A stretch of DNA of 64,000 nucleotides from Octopus sinensis. Taxonomy: Eukaryota. Under the pieces are notes generated by a model. That model saw only the letters and a program-made list of their open reading frames with translations, was not told where the DNA came from and ran no database searches. Both the position numbers and the translations under genes were made by a program. The DNA lies in NCBI RefSeq assembly GCF_006345805.1, contig NC_042999.1, positions 91,450,001 through 91,514,000 on the forward strand, read 5' to 3'. Positions 26,986-41,137 of the stretch are shown in pieces. The stretch's first letter is position 1, and every line of letters begins with the position of its first letter.

Positions 26986-27834
26986 AATGTGTAGAACTGC
27001 TCTATATTCGTGCCTAAAAGATTTTTTTCTTATTCTAATATCATAAGACAAACTTACTCTATGAGAGTGTGGCATCAAACTCAACAATAACATTTACGAT
27101 TTCTTCGATCGCTATATTATTTGTAAATATTACAATAACTTCCCGAACTTGATGTAAACTTTCTGCTGATTGAAAAACTGTTAAGTCACTGATACACCCA
27201 ATATCTTTTTTATTTTATTTTACCAAACACCAAATACAATGTCATAGATGAGGTTTTTTTCCCCCTCATTCTATGACTTAGCTATGCTCTCTACTTCATC
27301 CATAATGTTCACCTTTTACCAAAACCTCTAACTTTATTTTTATCTTCCCGTTATTCGCTTTCATAAACTGATTCAGATTTCTCACATTATGCTTCGACTT
27401 ATCTATCTCATCTTGATCTATGATCTGAATGTGGTTCTTGTGCTTATACCTCACCGTCACACTACCAGGAAGACGAATTTAAATTGAATTTATATAGCGC
27501 AAATAGAATCAGAAGACTTTTCGAAGTTTTAAATCTGGTGCAGTGTTTATTTACAAGTCATAAAGTTCTAGTAGATAAGCTCTTTTGGAAAATTCCACCT
27601 TCATTTATATTTTAGACGGTGATAGCCTCCTTCAGCAATGATTTTCTTCAGGTCCTCAGAATAATTAGTAGTTGGATCTCGGTCAGCATTGACAGTTCCA
27701 CTTGTCATTTTGGTGTTGTGGCAATTAATGTATTTCTTTTAAAACTTCCAAGCCATCTTTTACTACCAAGAAAGAGCCTTGCATCAGATGTTTGGCATCT
27801 TCCTCTTTCTGCAAATAGCCATTCTTTTAATCTT

Positions 27835-27898
27835 TTACTTGTTTCAGTCATTTGACTGCGGCCATGCTGGAGCACCATCTTTAGTCGATCCCAGGACT

Positions 27899-27900
<2 letters not shown>
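27835..27900 (-). mobile_element. SINE 3' tail fragment, followed by (CTA)n(CTG)n to 27990
   Basis: TTACTTGTTTCAGTCATTTGACTGCGGCCATGCTGGAGCACC is the reverse complement of the 8415-family tail. Confidence 0.8.
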
Positions 27901-27944
<44 letters not shown>

Positions 27945-28294
27945 GCTACTGCTGCTGCTGTTGCTACTGCTACTGCTGCTGGTACTTCTACTAAGTGCTA
28001 CTCCCTCAATTGCTTCCACCTCATCTTAACCTTTCTTTACCTTCTCTACCAAAACACCCCAATCTTCCTCCAATTTCTCTATACAATAGCCATTCTTCAA
28101 ATGGTCATTTTGTTCTTTCCAGCAATGGCTCTGATGAAAGTAGCATTAATTTTCGTGGTCTTTCAATTTACTCCAAGTGATCAATAGGGCAACTGAGTAA
28201 ACCTATCTATGATATAATGACTACTGGAAACAGCTATAAGCCAATTTTGCTCTAATAAAGGAATTATATGTAATGATTATTATTTCAACATGTC

Positions 28295-28472
28295 GGCGAT
28301 TTTCTTTCTCTGTCTTCTTTTCTTTGGACTTTTTCTATATTTCTGATGAAGAGCTCCGCTCGAAACGTGAAATCCTCTTTCTTTTCTTTCCTTTCCTGAG
28401 CTTCCAATAACACAGTACTTGTACCACGTCCTCGCGTTGTTGTTTTTTCTTGCTTGTTCTTATTTGGATTGA
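28295..28472 (+). mobile_element. Solo Penelope-type pLTR fragment with minimal HHR (28339-28373)
   Basis: AUUU-CUGAUGA-A-GAGC-UCC-GCUC-GAAACGUG/AAAU (cleavage base changed to G); ends in TTGGATTGAC next to (TA)n. Confidence 0.75.
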
Positions 28473-28682
28473 CTGCATATATATATATATATTGACAAAC
28501 AGGAGATAGACAGAATTTAGGATAATCCTTTATTAGCGCTTTTGTTCATTTTTTGAACTCGTCAAGACAAAATCAAAATCAAAATGGTAAAAACAGAACA
28601 TTTCGTTGTTCATTTATATGAATCACGTTTTTTTTTGCTTTGTTTAGAAAAGGAGAATATTGTTTTTGTTGTTTTGGAAAAA

Positions 28683-28724
<42 letters not shown>

Positions 28725-28838
28725 AAAGCAAAGAGTGGGGAAATAGATTGAGCGAGAGGTTTCAGGACAATCAAGAAAGAGGAGAAAAAAAATAATGGTT
28801 GGGGAAAGCATAGATAGATGTATATATATATATATATA

Positions 28839-28881
<43 letters not shown>

Positions 28882-29284
28882 CTCTTCTCAATTTGATGAG
28901 GTCAATTCATTGAAATTTCCTTACAAACCACAATTTCTCACAAGGGCTGGTGGCCTTTCAAAGATGTCAACTTTTGCAGCATCAAGTAGATGGAGGACCT
29001 AAGAAAAGTGGGGAAGATAAGGTCATCACTGAAAAATAAAAAAAGAGTTCAAAGTTCAAAGTTCTATGAAAATGTATATTCCTTTACACTGTATAACCAA
29101 GTCTCATATTCTGTATGATTCTATGTTCTGCATGAACAAACATTAAATATCAGTACAGTTTTCATAAATTAGGGAAAATAAAGTCAGAATATAAAAAAAG
29201 ACATTTTGGTACTGTTTATAATTCAATCTGTTCTCTATGTAAATTTAATCAAACCTCATAAATTAGTTTTGTACATGCATATGT

Positions 29285-29520
<236 letters not shown>

Positions 29521-30218
29521 TATGAATATTCTCTTAAGTTTTTTCGGCGTGAAAATATCAAATGCATCACACCAAGAAACTGTCCTTGAAAGACCTGTCT
29601 AATACTAATATACGTTGGGGTCGAGATAATACATTCCAAACTCTAGATTATATATTTCTGAGCTGTCAAAATCATGTCACAGCATTTATATTTTCGTTTA
29701 ATTCCGTCCCATTACGTTGTCAAATAATTGTTTACGCTTAACTTTATCTGAGTATTCTATCGAAATTTCGTTAAGCTTCGATAATGATTATTGTGCTTTT
29801 TTTCTTTGTTTTAATTTGCTGAATAAGCAGTATGGTATACTGACCTAACAATCTCAGATACCCATCGATATTAATTCACTCTGTCACCGTTCAATTATAT
29901 AAAACATCTAAAAGAACACATGTAATAACTGTCTGGAAATTAATACTTATGATTGTATACATTCATCCAGACACATTGACATTCAGACAAGGTCACACAC
30001 ACACACGCACACACACACACTCGCGCACAAACACACTCACACACACTCACACACACATATATACACACACAATTACTCAGATATTGCTTCTATTGATATT
30101 GATAAGAGATCGTTATAATCATACTTCGGAGCTAGTTTTTATCTGATATATCTTACTACATTTCTTATGCCAAGTGACTGAACCTAGTTTGCAAAACACA
30201 CACACACACACTTACACG

Positions 30219-30307
<89 letters not shown>

Positions 30308-31099
30308 TACAGAAAAAACAATATTTTGACTAGACAAAATATTGTCTGCGCCAGAAGTAAATAAGTATACACACAGACGAAAACACTGACAAATGGCAGA
30401 CATTACAACACAAATCTCTACATCAGCTGTCTACAAATTCCAGATGATTTCGACACCTAGAGGTTTTCTTTCTATCATGTTGTTTCAGTAGCGCTAAAAC
30501 GGCTCTAGCTAAACTAACCAGAAGATAGAATAACAAAAGAAATTATTGGACAAAATACTGCATATAGATTATGACTGTCACGACATTGATGTACAACATA
30601 TAGCGCAAATGCCAAATATATCAGCGCGCATGTGTGTGCGTGAGTTTTAACGGCAAATGTTCTCGAGACATATTTAACAGTTAAAGTTTTGTTTCGTTGT
30701 TTTGTGATTCCAAACTTTAATTTATGCGTCAATTCTTCTAATTTAAAAAAGAAAAATCGAGCATTGACTGCAAGTTAATATATATTATCTCTATAATTAG
30801 ATTTTCAAGTTTGTAAATATGTAGAGAACCTCATATTTGCTGCCAACATAAATGGAAAAATGAAAAATAAAAAATGGAACGCATAAATAATATTTTCATA
30901 TCTTGAGAAATATATAGAATTCAACATTAATTTGATTTAGTTAAAACTAATATTATTTAAGGCTTTCTTGAACGCTTATTTTAGAAATAACAGATATTTC
31001 AGAAATTTAATTAGAGAATATTTCTTATGTGCGCATAAAGCCATAAAGGTGTATTAGAAATGGGTAGATATAACTAAATCTTCGTCCCTTCTGCAACAG

Positions 31100-31170
31100 G
31101 CTTAATCCTCATCCTGCACCTGGTTTAACAGACCCACCAGGTCCTTGGGAAGTTTTAGCAGGGTTTTGAG
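31100..31170 (+). other. Candidate exon
   Basis: Acceptor CTTCGTCCCTTCTGCAACAG|G and donor GAG|GTAACT; the only near-open frame is LNPHPAPGLTDPPGPWEVLAGF*; AT-rich unique flanks. Confidence 0.25.
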
Positions 31171-33300
31171 GTAACTCCATATTTATCGACGTACTGCTTC
31201 CCATTACAGTAGGCGAGCTGAAAGAGTTGTTATGGCCCGAACAGTTACTTTGCAGTATTTCTACCCGGTCTCTGTGTTTTGACATAAAATCCCGCTCAGA
31301 TTAATTTTGCCTTTACTCTTTGCCGATACCGTAAAGTACAATTATTTCCCCCGGAATCAGCCATTATGCGTTAGGAAGTGTTGTGGAGGACCATTTACTG
31401 CGTCCTTTTTATTTCCAGAACTGGAAAGTATTAGAAACGGCATCATATTGAAAAACTTGTACGCAGTTGGAACTCTCCAGGGACGGATTGATGTTCAGTA
31501 GAACATGGAACGGAAATAAAGAAGGCTCCTTATTACAGCAACCCACGAGTGACTTATGGTTTTCTTTTAATTTTTCTTTAGGTTTCCATGCTATAATAAA
31601 AATTCATAAAAAGCTTATCAGAACTTGGAATATACACAATCGAAGCTAAATTCAGTAAATATGTCCGAAGCTTTACTGTTATTTCAATTTTACAGTCGTT
31701 TGGAATGAGATAAAAAAAACTGATTGCTTACTTTAACACAAGTCCATATACCATAAGAAGAAAAATTAAACTTAAAATATTGCTGCTGTTGTTAGAATTA
31801 AAAAATTTTCCTTTATATTTTTTTTATTTTTACATAAAAGTTTACACATTAAAATTTTGATATTACATATTTATACATTTAAAAAGTCATAAAATAGCAA
31901 TATAAGCAAAATTGACAATGAAATATAACCTTAATTTTATTTTTATTTTTAAAGAACAAACTAAAGAGTCATTTCTACATTTTGCACACTCAATTTGTTT
32001 ATTAGCTTTCTTTTTCTAAAAATATTCCTCTAAATCTCAATAGAAAATACTTTGTTTTCTGATAAGAGAAACTTTAAAGAAATGAATTCTTTCGTTTCTT
32101 AAAATATCTTTTTTTACTACTTTTTACTCTTTTGAATTACATATACATGAGTCTAATCTTATAATACAATATCTGTGATTTAAAATTGTTGCATAATGAG
32201 TTTTGTTAAGAAAATGAAATAAAAAAATATATAATACCAAAATTAAGACAGAGATGTTTCAGTTTAATACAAAGAAATTTTAAAATAAAAACATTAACTT
32301 AAAGTGGTTTGCAAAAATTTCAGAAATATATTTAGCAAATTCTAACTAAGTTGTTTTCCAAGTTCAGGACATAAGAATATTCTAGCACTCTGTACCCGCA
32401 TTTTTCTTTCTGTTACTGCTTGTTCTGTTACTTTTCCAGATTCAATATTTAAGAATATTCTAGGATTCTGCGTCCGCATTTTTCATTTTAGTCCTTTTTT
32501 CCCCCAGGCATCGACTCTATTATTATAATTAATTATATTTACTTCTATAATTGACAGAAATGATACTATTCTAAATATTTTAAAATAAGGAATTTGCTCG
32601 CATCTAAATTTTGCTTACACCTAAAAATAATAATGGATTAATAGCAGCATATCTGTAATAAATAAATATACTTTTAAGCAATGTTTATTCTAAAATAATG
32701 ATATATTCTAATTAAATATATTTCTAAAACCAGTTCCTGACTAATCTTCCACAATATGATGAATCTCTACAAGAAACAATCATTCTGTGATTGAATGGTA
32801 TTTACATTATAATATACATGCATTATAATATACATGCTTCAAAATGACACACATACACACACATACACACAAAAAGACAAAGACAGGTAAGGGAACATGA
32901 AATAGGGTGTATTAGTTTGACTCATACCTGTATTTGTATGAATGTGTGTACATATGTGTGCGTGTGCGCGTGTGTATGTGTGTGGTGTGTGTGTGTGTAT
33001 ATTTATATATGTGGTGTGATCACGTGTTTGACAAAATGATCGAATGTTACACATCGCTGGTCACAATGCGCTTTGCACCGATTTAGCTTTCGAATGAGTT
33101 TTGAAGAACGTATAAACGAAATAATCAAAAAAAAAAAGAAAAGTCAAAACGTTATTTTGCTATGATACATACTACATCATTGTACCCTCAGATGCAATTG
33201 AAAAGACCCTTTAAGAGGGCATTATTTATCAGCTAAGACACTGAATTTCAACAAAAGAATAGGTTTACTACATGATTTTACAACATCTGATTTCATTCAG

Positions 33301-33719
33301 GATGTGCCTGCTGTGACTAAGATCAAATTAAAGAACTTTACTACCTATTCCAACGTTTGCCTACCCAAATATCAAAACAAGTATAACATCACCACACACT
33401 TCTCCCTCCCCTTTATCATTATCATTCCTTTCCCTTTCCATCGACTTTAATTCTTCCCTACCAGATGCACACAAAACTGCTCACATATCTCAGTTAACTC
33501 TTTGATTGGTGAAAAATGATAAGCGTCCTTCGGTTATACATTCGCTGCTTCTAACGTTAATGCCATATCTCCTGATGAAATAGACACATGAACTATGATC
33601 CACCTGATGTCCATGGATACTGCAGAACGTATTGTAATCAACCAAAGAATACGGACTGTATTCGTAGGAAACATGTGATTTGTAGAAACGCGTGTAGCGA
33701 TGCATTAAAATATTTATAA
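33301..33719 (+). other. Candidate two-exon coding end (33301-33380 plus 33584-33719), Cys-rich peptide
   Basis: TTTCATTCAG|GAT acceptor, AA|GTATAA donor, TAG|A acceptor; phases match, giving DVPAVTKIKLKNFTTYSNVCLPKYQNKHMNYDPPDVHGYCRTYCNQPKNTDCIRRKHVICRNACSDALKYL*. Confidence 0.25.
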
Positions 33720-33903
33720 ATTCCACCATGGATTATTACTATTATCACTATATTTATCCTATCAGCACAGTTCGGCACAACTCCATAAAACCGATATTGC
33801 AAGTTAGTATCATTAGGCTGTAGCCGACACAATAAAACAGGAGCTTTTATATGCCTACTCAAAAACGTTTGTCGTAAACGAACTTAAAGGATATATATAT
33901 ATA

Positions 33904-34112
33904 GTTAATCCAAACATGAAAACACAAAGAGAAAACATAACAACGCGAGGACGTGGAACAAGTATAGTGTTATTGGACGCTCAGGAAAGAGAAGAAAGAA
34001 GGGGGATTTAACGTTTCGAGCGGAGCTCTTCGTCAGAAACATAGAAAAAGAAAGGTCCAGGGAAGGGAAGACGGAGGAAAAAAATCGCCAACGATACACA
34101 CGCAGTCACATT
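33904..34112 (-). mobile_element. Solo Penelope-type pLTR fragment
   Basis: Homologous to 28295-28472 and 57107-57236; ends in TTGGATTAAC at (TA)n. Confidence 0.8.
34006..34040 (-). ncRNA. Minimal type I hammerhead with intact core
   Basis: Minus strand GUUU-CUGACGA-A-GAGC-UCC-GCUC-GAAACGUU/AAAU; AACGUU palindrome in stem III. Confidence 0.75.
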
Positions 34113-34813
34113 TTTATACATCTTATATGGAGAGAGCGAAAAAGAAAAGAAAAAGGAAGATATTAACCAAATGTGTAACGAGATAGTAAGAAGAAGCGGA
34201 AAAATAGATGGGTCGATAAGATTGACCTATTATATTCGATTTCCTGCAATTATCGGGGGTGGGGAATGCGATATGAGTGAAATATATAATTCCCTAATAG
34301 ATGAACAACATGGTTATCATACCTCATCATCATCATAATTCTCATCGTCATCATCATCGTCGTCGTCATGTTACCTTAAAATATTTGAGTGGTTCTGCTA
34401 CAAGAAAAGATGATTAAAAGTTTCTTCAGACCCTCCTACAAATTGCAAATGATTCATCTCTTATTATAAAAGGCAGATTTTATCTGCCTCCCTTTGGGAG
34501 TTATACAAATCTACAATATAGGATTTCTTCAATTACAATTTACCTAGCAGTTTTAAGAGTACAATGCATCGCGTCATGCCAGGTCCAGTTTTTAAAATTT
34601 AAACTCCAATTAAGCAAAATTTACAGAAAACTCACATTCTGGTGTGTGTGTCAAATGCTTTTCTTAGTCTGGTTTACACCACACGCAAACGCACACACAC
34701 ACAAAGGGAGCGAATTGTTTCACTGACGCTATCACCCTTCTCCTCCTTTGTCTTTGCAAGTTGGCAGCTATTAAAGTGAAAACAGTGAATCCGACAGCGA
34801 TAAAGAAAACGAA

Positions 34814-35103
34814 TTGGTAACTGAATGGAGTGAAAATTTAAAAACTGTTTCTTTCGGTGAGTTTTCTGAAGAAACTGGACCAAGCCACAGACTTTCCCAG
34901 AAGAGTAAAGCCTTAGACTATTTCTATTTACTTTTTCGAATGAGCCTATTTGAAATCATTACGGCAGAGACGAACTGTTACGCTAAACGTAAACAAACCG
35001 AAAGAAAGGATAGTTTGTTATTTCCCACAATCTTAAATGAAATTAAGGCCTATTTTGCCATAAATATTATTATGGGTATCAGAAAGTTACCCAGAATAAC
35101 AAA
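34814..35103 (+). pseudogene. piggyBac (PGBD-like) transposase N-terminal fragment
   Basis: ETGPSHRL...ALDYFYLLF...IITAETNCYA...EIKAYFAINIIMGIRKLP. Confidence 0.8.
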
Positions 35104-35220
35104 TTCTATTGTAAAATTTTGTGGTATACCCAATTGAATATTAGCTAATAACCCATTTTCTATAGCGATGTTTGAACAAAATTTTAATAATTTTACAGAA
35201 AGTTACCCAGAATAACAAAC

Positions 35221-35498
35221 GAGCCCTTCTGGGTATTAGCGCGCGTCTACGATGAGTCTACGATTTAAAAAAAAATTACCATCATATTTTTACATTTTAA
35301 TGCATTTTTTTCGCTTTTATATAAGGGAAGTAACTCTCTAAAAATATCTATGATGTGTCAACGATTTAAAGAAAAATTTACCTTAATTTTTTTTCAATTT
35401 TTAATGCATTTTTTTGCTACTTTTTGGCTATAACTCTCTAAAAATGCTTATATAGTTATTTCCCTTACCAACCGAGCAACGCCGGGCGATACTGCTAG
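35221..35498 (+). mobile_element. 5'-truncated non-autonomous Helitron, same family as 61905-62299
   Basis: Shared internal sequence; 3' hairpin CCGAGCAACGCCGG followed by CTAG|T. Confidence 0.85.
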
Positions 35499-36369
35499 TC
35501 TTATTCTGGTTGCATGATTGCAGCTCTTCTAATGCATAGTCAACGTCACCATGCCCAATCCGATGATATCGAATAACAAAAAGCGTTAGAAATGTTTAGG
35601 ATTAATTCCATGTTACAAGTCCTTTCCCTCTTAGCATCATATAGTACCACATTGTGCAGCTGGTTCGCAAACAGGTGGTAGAACACAGCCTCAGCCATTA
35701 TAACGATATTTTAGTCATACATATGTACCACATTGTAATGGTTCACTTCATAGACAAAGTTTTTATTGCAGTGATTATTTCCTTCAATAGATACAGCTTA
35801 GTATGCATAAAGTGATTGATAAAATATAGTTATGCCAAACTACAACTTTTAATACATTTAAGGTAATGTGCTGTCTTGCGAACTTAGCATAGAAAGAAAC
35901 TATATTGAAGACAATGACAAAAGACCTACATCAATAGTTGACTGATTAACACATATCTTAGGGATACAACGGGCTTTGTAACCATTGAACTGTTAAACAC
36001 TTTTTTGTTCACACAACTACTACACATAGTGTGTTTTCTTCCTTGAGTATATAACATTTGATCTATATCTTGAGCTATGTATTTTAATTTCTTATTTCTT
36101 TCCAAAATAACAGTTCCTTTGTTCAAGGTAATCATTCATAAGTTAATTACAGTTTAAGAACCAGCTTATTACATGAAGTTATTTCTTTTTCCAGTAGAGT
36201 TACAAGGATATTTTACAAGGTCAAATATTTGAAATGCATATGTTAAGTGTTTCATTGAACATGGATGGAATCTGTATTGATTCCACATTGATTTGAAATC
36301 GGAAATTTAAAGTAATGTAATTAAATACGAAGCATATTACAGATACTCTACTAACTCCTAACAACAACG

Positions 36370-37150
36370 TTTCTATTCATTCTCAATACCTTCTGGCAGA
36401 TTCAAAAGCTATGTTTCGTCATTGAAGAAAATCGTCTTCCTTGAGACGATGTATCTTCGTAAGACATGCAATTCACTGGGATAATGGGACTTTAAGACAC
36501 TGCAAGATTTTGACCTTATTTTGTATCTGCTCAGTCGAAGCTACCCTTCCAGACAGATGTATCTAAAAAGAGCACAGGCTGTTGCTTACAGAAATCATCA
36601 AAGAAATTATTTAATGGTGCATGCTGATATCTGCTGATGTCTAGATAACAATTCATGCAGTGCATACGGGACAACGAGAATCTAAATAAATTATTATGCG
36701 TCTGCCAGACATCAGAATCTATTAGTAACTAATTTGTTTGCTGATTTCTATAAACAAGAGCCTGTGCTCACTGAACTTTGACTGAGAAAACACACAGTAA
36801 GGATTTTAAAAAGTGCGCTGTCTCAAAGTTCTCTTACGCTGGTGAATTGCGTTTGTTTTGAACACATTTTCGTAATGGTGATGTTCTAGAATGACGAAAG
36901 AGAATAGCGACCTGATCTTCCCGTTAGAGCCTACCAGAACCTATTGTGAATGACTTGATATGTTATTGTGTGGATTCATTGTTCTGTGTATACCTGATGA
37001 ATTATCACATACTCTTCTATTACACATAAATTACGACTCGCTCGTATATACTGTGTTTATTTGATTAATTAACATGACGAATTTGGTATTAAACTGTGTG
37101 AGACTTGGTTGCTCTTTCCATTTGTTCATGAGGCCACTTGTTGTCTCCAG
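36370..37150 (+). pseudogene. Highly decayed Gypsy-type pol remnant
   Basis: PSGRF (RT), QTDVSKKSTGCCLQ (RNase H QTDAS..G.GA.L.Q-like), RLAR..VY...KLCET (integrase zinc-finger-like). Confidence 0.5.
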
Positions 37151-37577
37151 AATATATGTGGTGTTTTCCTTGTCCGTACTTCTATATATGTCTAAATATG
37201 CATATTATTGCATTAAGTCATACCATATTTACTCTTTCTAGTAGGCAATGCTTATATGCATTTTTACCTACTTTTATTTGAAGAACGGTTAATTACCAAA
37301 GTAGAAATTCTGTAATGTTTTGACCGTAGGATTTCTGTTAGGCTAAGAGAATAACTCGGAATAAAAGACTGTCGATATGAACAACTAAGAATAAGATAGT
37401 AACTAATATTACGAGAGAAACCATGGTTGTGTTGCGGCGATGCGGAAGATGATTATGCTAAGTTGAGAAAGAGAAAGAGAGTGGAAAGGGAGAGGCAGTA
37501 AAAGTTAGAGAGAGAGGTGGTAATATTGGTTGTTGTAGTTGTTACCATCACCACAACTATTATGATTATCAGCTTCA

Positions 37578-37645
<68 letters not shown>

Positions 37646-38559
37646 TATTGTTATTCGTAAAAATACCTCATTGCTATTGAGTTTTTCATATGCTAGATTA
37701 TGATACAACTTTAATTATGAGAATTTACTTTACTTAAGAACTTCGAAGCGCTTTTAGCATTAAGTAGAAATTTGTTAAAATGCTATAGAACTGAATTCTT
37801 GTTGACTTAATTTTATTTCTATTCTACATTCTACGATGTTCTGTCAAAAGGCATAAACCTTGGAAACTTAGCTGGTATTCAAACATTAAAAACTATGAAC
37901 TGTATTGTGTTAATATAGTACCGATATCCCCAGAATTTATATCGATGCATCTTGTATATGAATAAGCCATGACCACCATCATATTGTTGTTGTTAGTCAT
38001 AGTGATGACGGAAGATGAGATAATGAATTGAAATATGAATTTTAAAATGTGGATGAATTAACGAACATGCCTAAATGCATATAATTGCTGTAATAAATGT
38101 TGATGTTTGTTTATTGCTGGTAGTCGTATTGCCAATGGGGGTGGTTATGTTTGTTTCCTGATTGTAACTGCAGTGTTGTTCACTGTTGAAGATTGTTTGT
38201 TGAAGGCAATTATGGTTGTAATTGAAGCGGCACCAATTTGTTTTCTCTTTCTGGTGGATTTTTAAAACCACTTATAATAATTTTATAGTGAAAATGAATA
38301 AGTCATGTTTCCCGTGAAATGTCTAAAGATCCGACTAATTATTAAAATAGTTTCATAGTGGCGTGAGAATATATATTTATGATTCGAAGTAAAGGAAATT
38401 ATGACTTACACGCTATCCTAAATGGTATTATTGCTCATGATATGAAGACATTCAAAGACGAAACAGATGTATTTTGAGCTCATGAAGACCATCAAATCTC
38501 AATTTGACTTTGTTGTTTTGGTCATTAAAACATAGTTCTCTGAGCCTCTCCAAATTTGC

Positions 38560-38990
38560 TGTGTCCAACGCGGTTAGCGTTCGTTTTTAATAATTCCAAA
38601 GCGGTTGCAGGGAGAGATATCCAGTGAGCCTTAGATTTGAAGTGCAATGTCTTGGTGTAGTCACTAGAACAGGACTTGTGAAGAGATGCAATATGCTTGA
38701 CGAGAAAAGGAGACTCGAGTGGAACGAATGTACCAAGGTGGAGATTACGCAAGACTAGGTGTGCTCTGAGGAGGAAGAGGTCACAATAGGGATGGCAGAA
38801 GACAATCAAAGAGGAGACAACCTATTTGTGTGTCAGAGGTGTTATTAAAAGTAACGATCGAGATAAGATGTGCTTGGTCGCTGATTTGTAGCACTGAGTA
38901 CGAGATGACATCCTCGGAAACTCCACCATACCAGGAACTGTGACTAACAGTACTCACAAAACATGGCATACTGTTCTAATTAATACCACC
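38560..38990 (-). pseudogene. Decayed non-LTR (CR1/Jockey-like) RT C-terminal remnant
   Basis: SHSSWYGG..., QIGCLLF and AHWISLPA resemble the CSHIWGG, VGCLSLF and LWNSLP motifs. Confidence 0.4.
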
Positions 38991-41026
38991 ACTGCCATCT
39001 GCCGCATTCACTTCTTCACATTTGCAGCTTTCCAAAGCCAAAAGGACCTTTAAAACTGTTTTTCTGTCACAGCTATAACAACTTGGGCTTTGCACTATAC
39101 CGTCACTATACCATCACTTTTCCCTCAGTTTTATACCCATTGTCTCCATTCTCCCATCTGGGCCAGGTTTCCGAATGGCTTTGTGATTTTTGGTAGTCAT
39201 TAAGATTTGTAAGTTAATCCACATCCCTTTTCTAATCAAAATTTGCCTATCATCACTGATTCGGTAGCCACCCGTCCATACTGTGTCTCAAAGCTGACAA
39301 GCCAGGTATCAACATTATTGTTGGTACCTCTGACCATAACTTTTATTTCTCTGTCCTAAATACTGGGACAGGATTGTTTAGACAGCGATGTGTCGGATTA
39401 TTTCACCCAGGATTTGTATAAAACTTTCCGGCTATAAAACAACCCAAACAGGCCAGTATGTCTTATCATGCTCGACCGAGAGAATTTCTCCCTTATCTTC
39501 TTGAGAAGCCCTTCCAGTTATTATTTTATCGACAACTGGTAAAATCCGTTATTTTAAACACTGATACATGAATTGCATTGGAGTTGTGTGAGTGATGAGG
39601 TCACAATTATGCAATGAAAGTTTTGATAACTCATGCAATAAAGACAAATACATTTGTCTTTCATATGCTTCATATGCTTCAAAAAAAAAGACAGTTACAG
39701 ATCACAGGGTTTTTTCTCGTGGCATTCTTATTCAAGAAAAGTCACTCCCTGACGCTAGGACTTCCAGTAGAATACCAAACAGGCAAAAATAGACCCATAT
39801 GTAATGATGATGTTTTGGTAGGTAAACTGTGTCTGTGTGTGTGCATGTGTGTGTGTATGTGTGTTAGCGATTGTTCGCCATATTTTTAGAATGCTTTAAA
39901 ATTATTATGATATGCTAAAATCTCTTCCTTCTCTTTGCTTGTGATGATCATCTGTACATTCTTGGATTTTCTTTCTTCCTTTTTGTTTGAGATCTGTGAT
40001 ATTCTCTTCACACATTTTCTTCCGGTTGCGTCTGCTCATGTTGCTTTGATTTTCCATATTTACCATAAAGAGCTGATGAAAGTAAGAAATATATCTAAAA
40101 ATGGGAACCTATCATTGAATTAGACAGAAACCTCTCAATGTTGGAAATTTATTGTAGTTGTAATGCTGTTCTTCCCGTTAACGCTGCTGGTACTTAGCTT
40201 AGGCAGCGCTGCTACTGTAGACCAATTACCATTATTAGTATTTTGGGGGTACTAAATCGGACTGTGTGTCACTCATTTTTCAAGTGAGTTAGAAGATCGT
40301 GGGACTACACAGAGACACCATCGTTCACTCAGCTCAAAAGTGTAGACACCAGACGAAGACGATCTGAGAATTAATACCTGTTCAGAGAGATGCCGTGTCC
40401 ATCGAAGCTAAAACTATTGACAGTACTAACTGAAAAATAAAGAAAGAAAAATAGGAAATTTGAAAAAGAAAACAATATGACAATAGGACACTTTAAAATC
40501 TATCGAAAATTTAGTGTATATTGATTCATGCACACTATATAATTTAATTGAATTACACATCAAAACAAAGCGCATACACATTGACAACCGATATATGTTT
40601 TAAGTATATATTTGTGTATGTATGTGTCTGTGTGTGAGTGAGTGTGTGTGTGTGTATGTATGTATGTATGCATGTATGTATCTATCTATCTCTCTTTCTA
40701 TATATATATATTTATATACACACACACATAAATATGCATATATATAATTATATATATGTATATAGTATATATCCTTACACACACATGCGCACAGCACAAA
40801 CCCACACGCATACACATGGATGTATCGTTCGAAAATTTTCCTAAATATACATATATATATCTACATTTGCGAAAGTGTGAAAGCTTGCTCTCACGAAGTT
40901 TTAATAATCAAATAAATTATATATGATTAGCTTCTGTCGTTAAAATATAGATTATATTGATTTAGTTTACAACGTTCTATAAAATGTCGTATTATATATC
41001 TTTGTACCACCGCCACCACCATCATT

Positions 41027-41081
<55 letters not shown>

Positions 41082-41137
41082 ATACTGTTGTTGTTATATA
41101 TTAGAATTATTGTTGTTGTTGTTGTTGTTATTATTAT

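Noticed and set aside
30393-30491. Short ORF MADITTQISTSAVYKFQMISTPRGFLSIMLFQ*, loosely MARVEL/synaptophysin-like
   Set aside because: Only 32 aa, no convincing donor site, and the similarity is too weak to support
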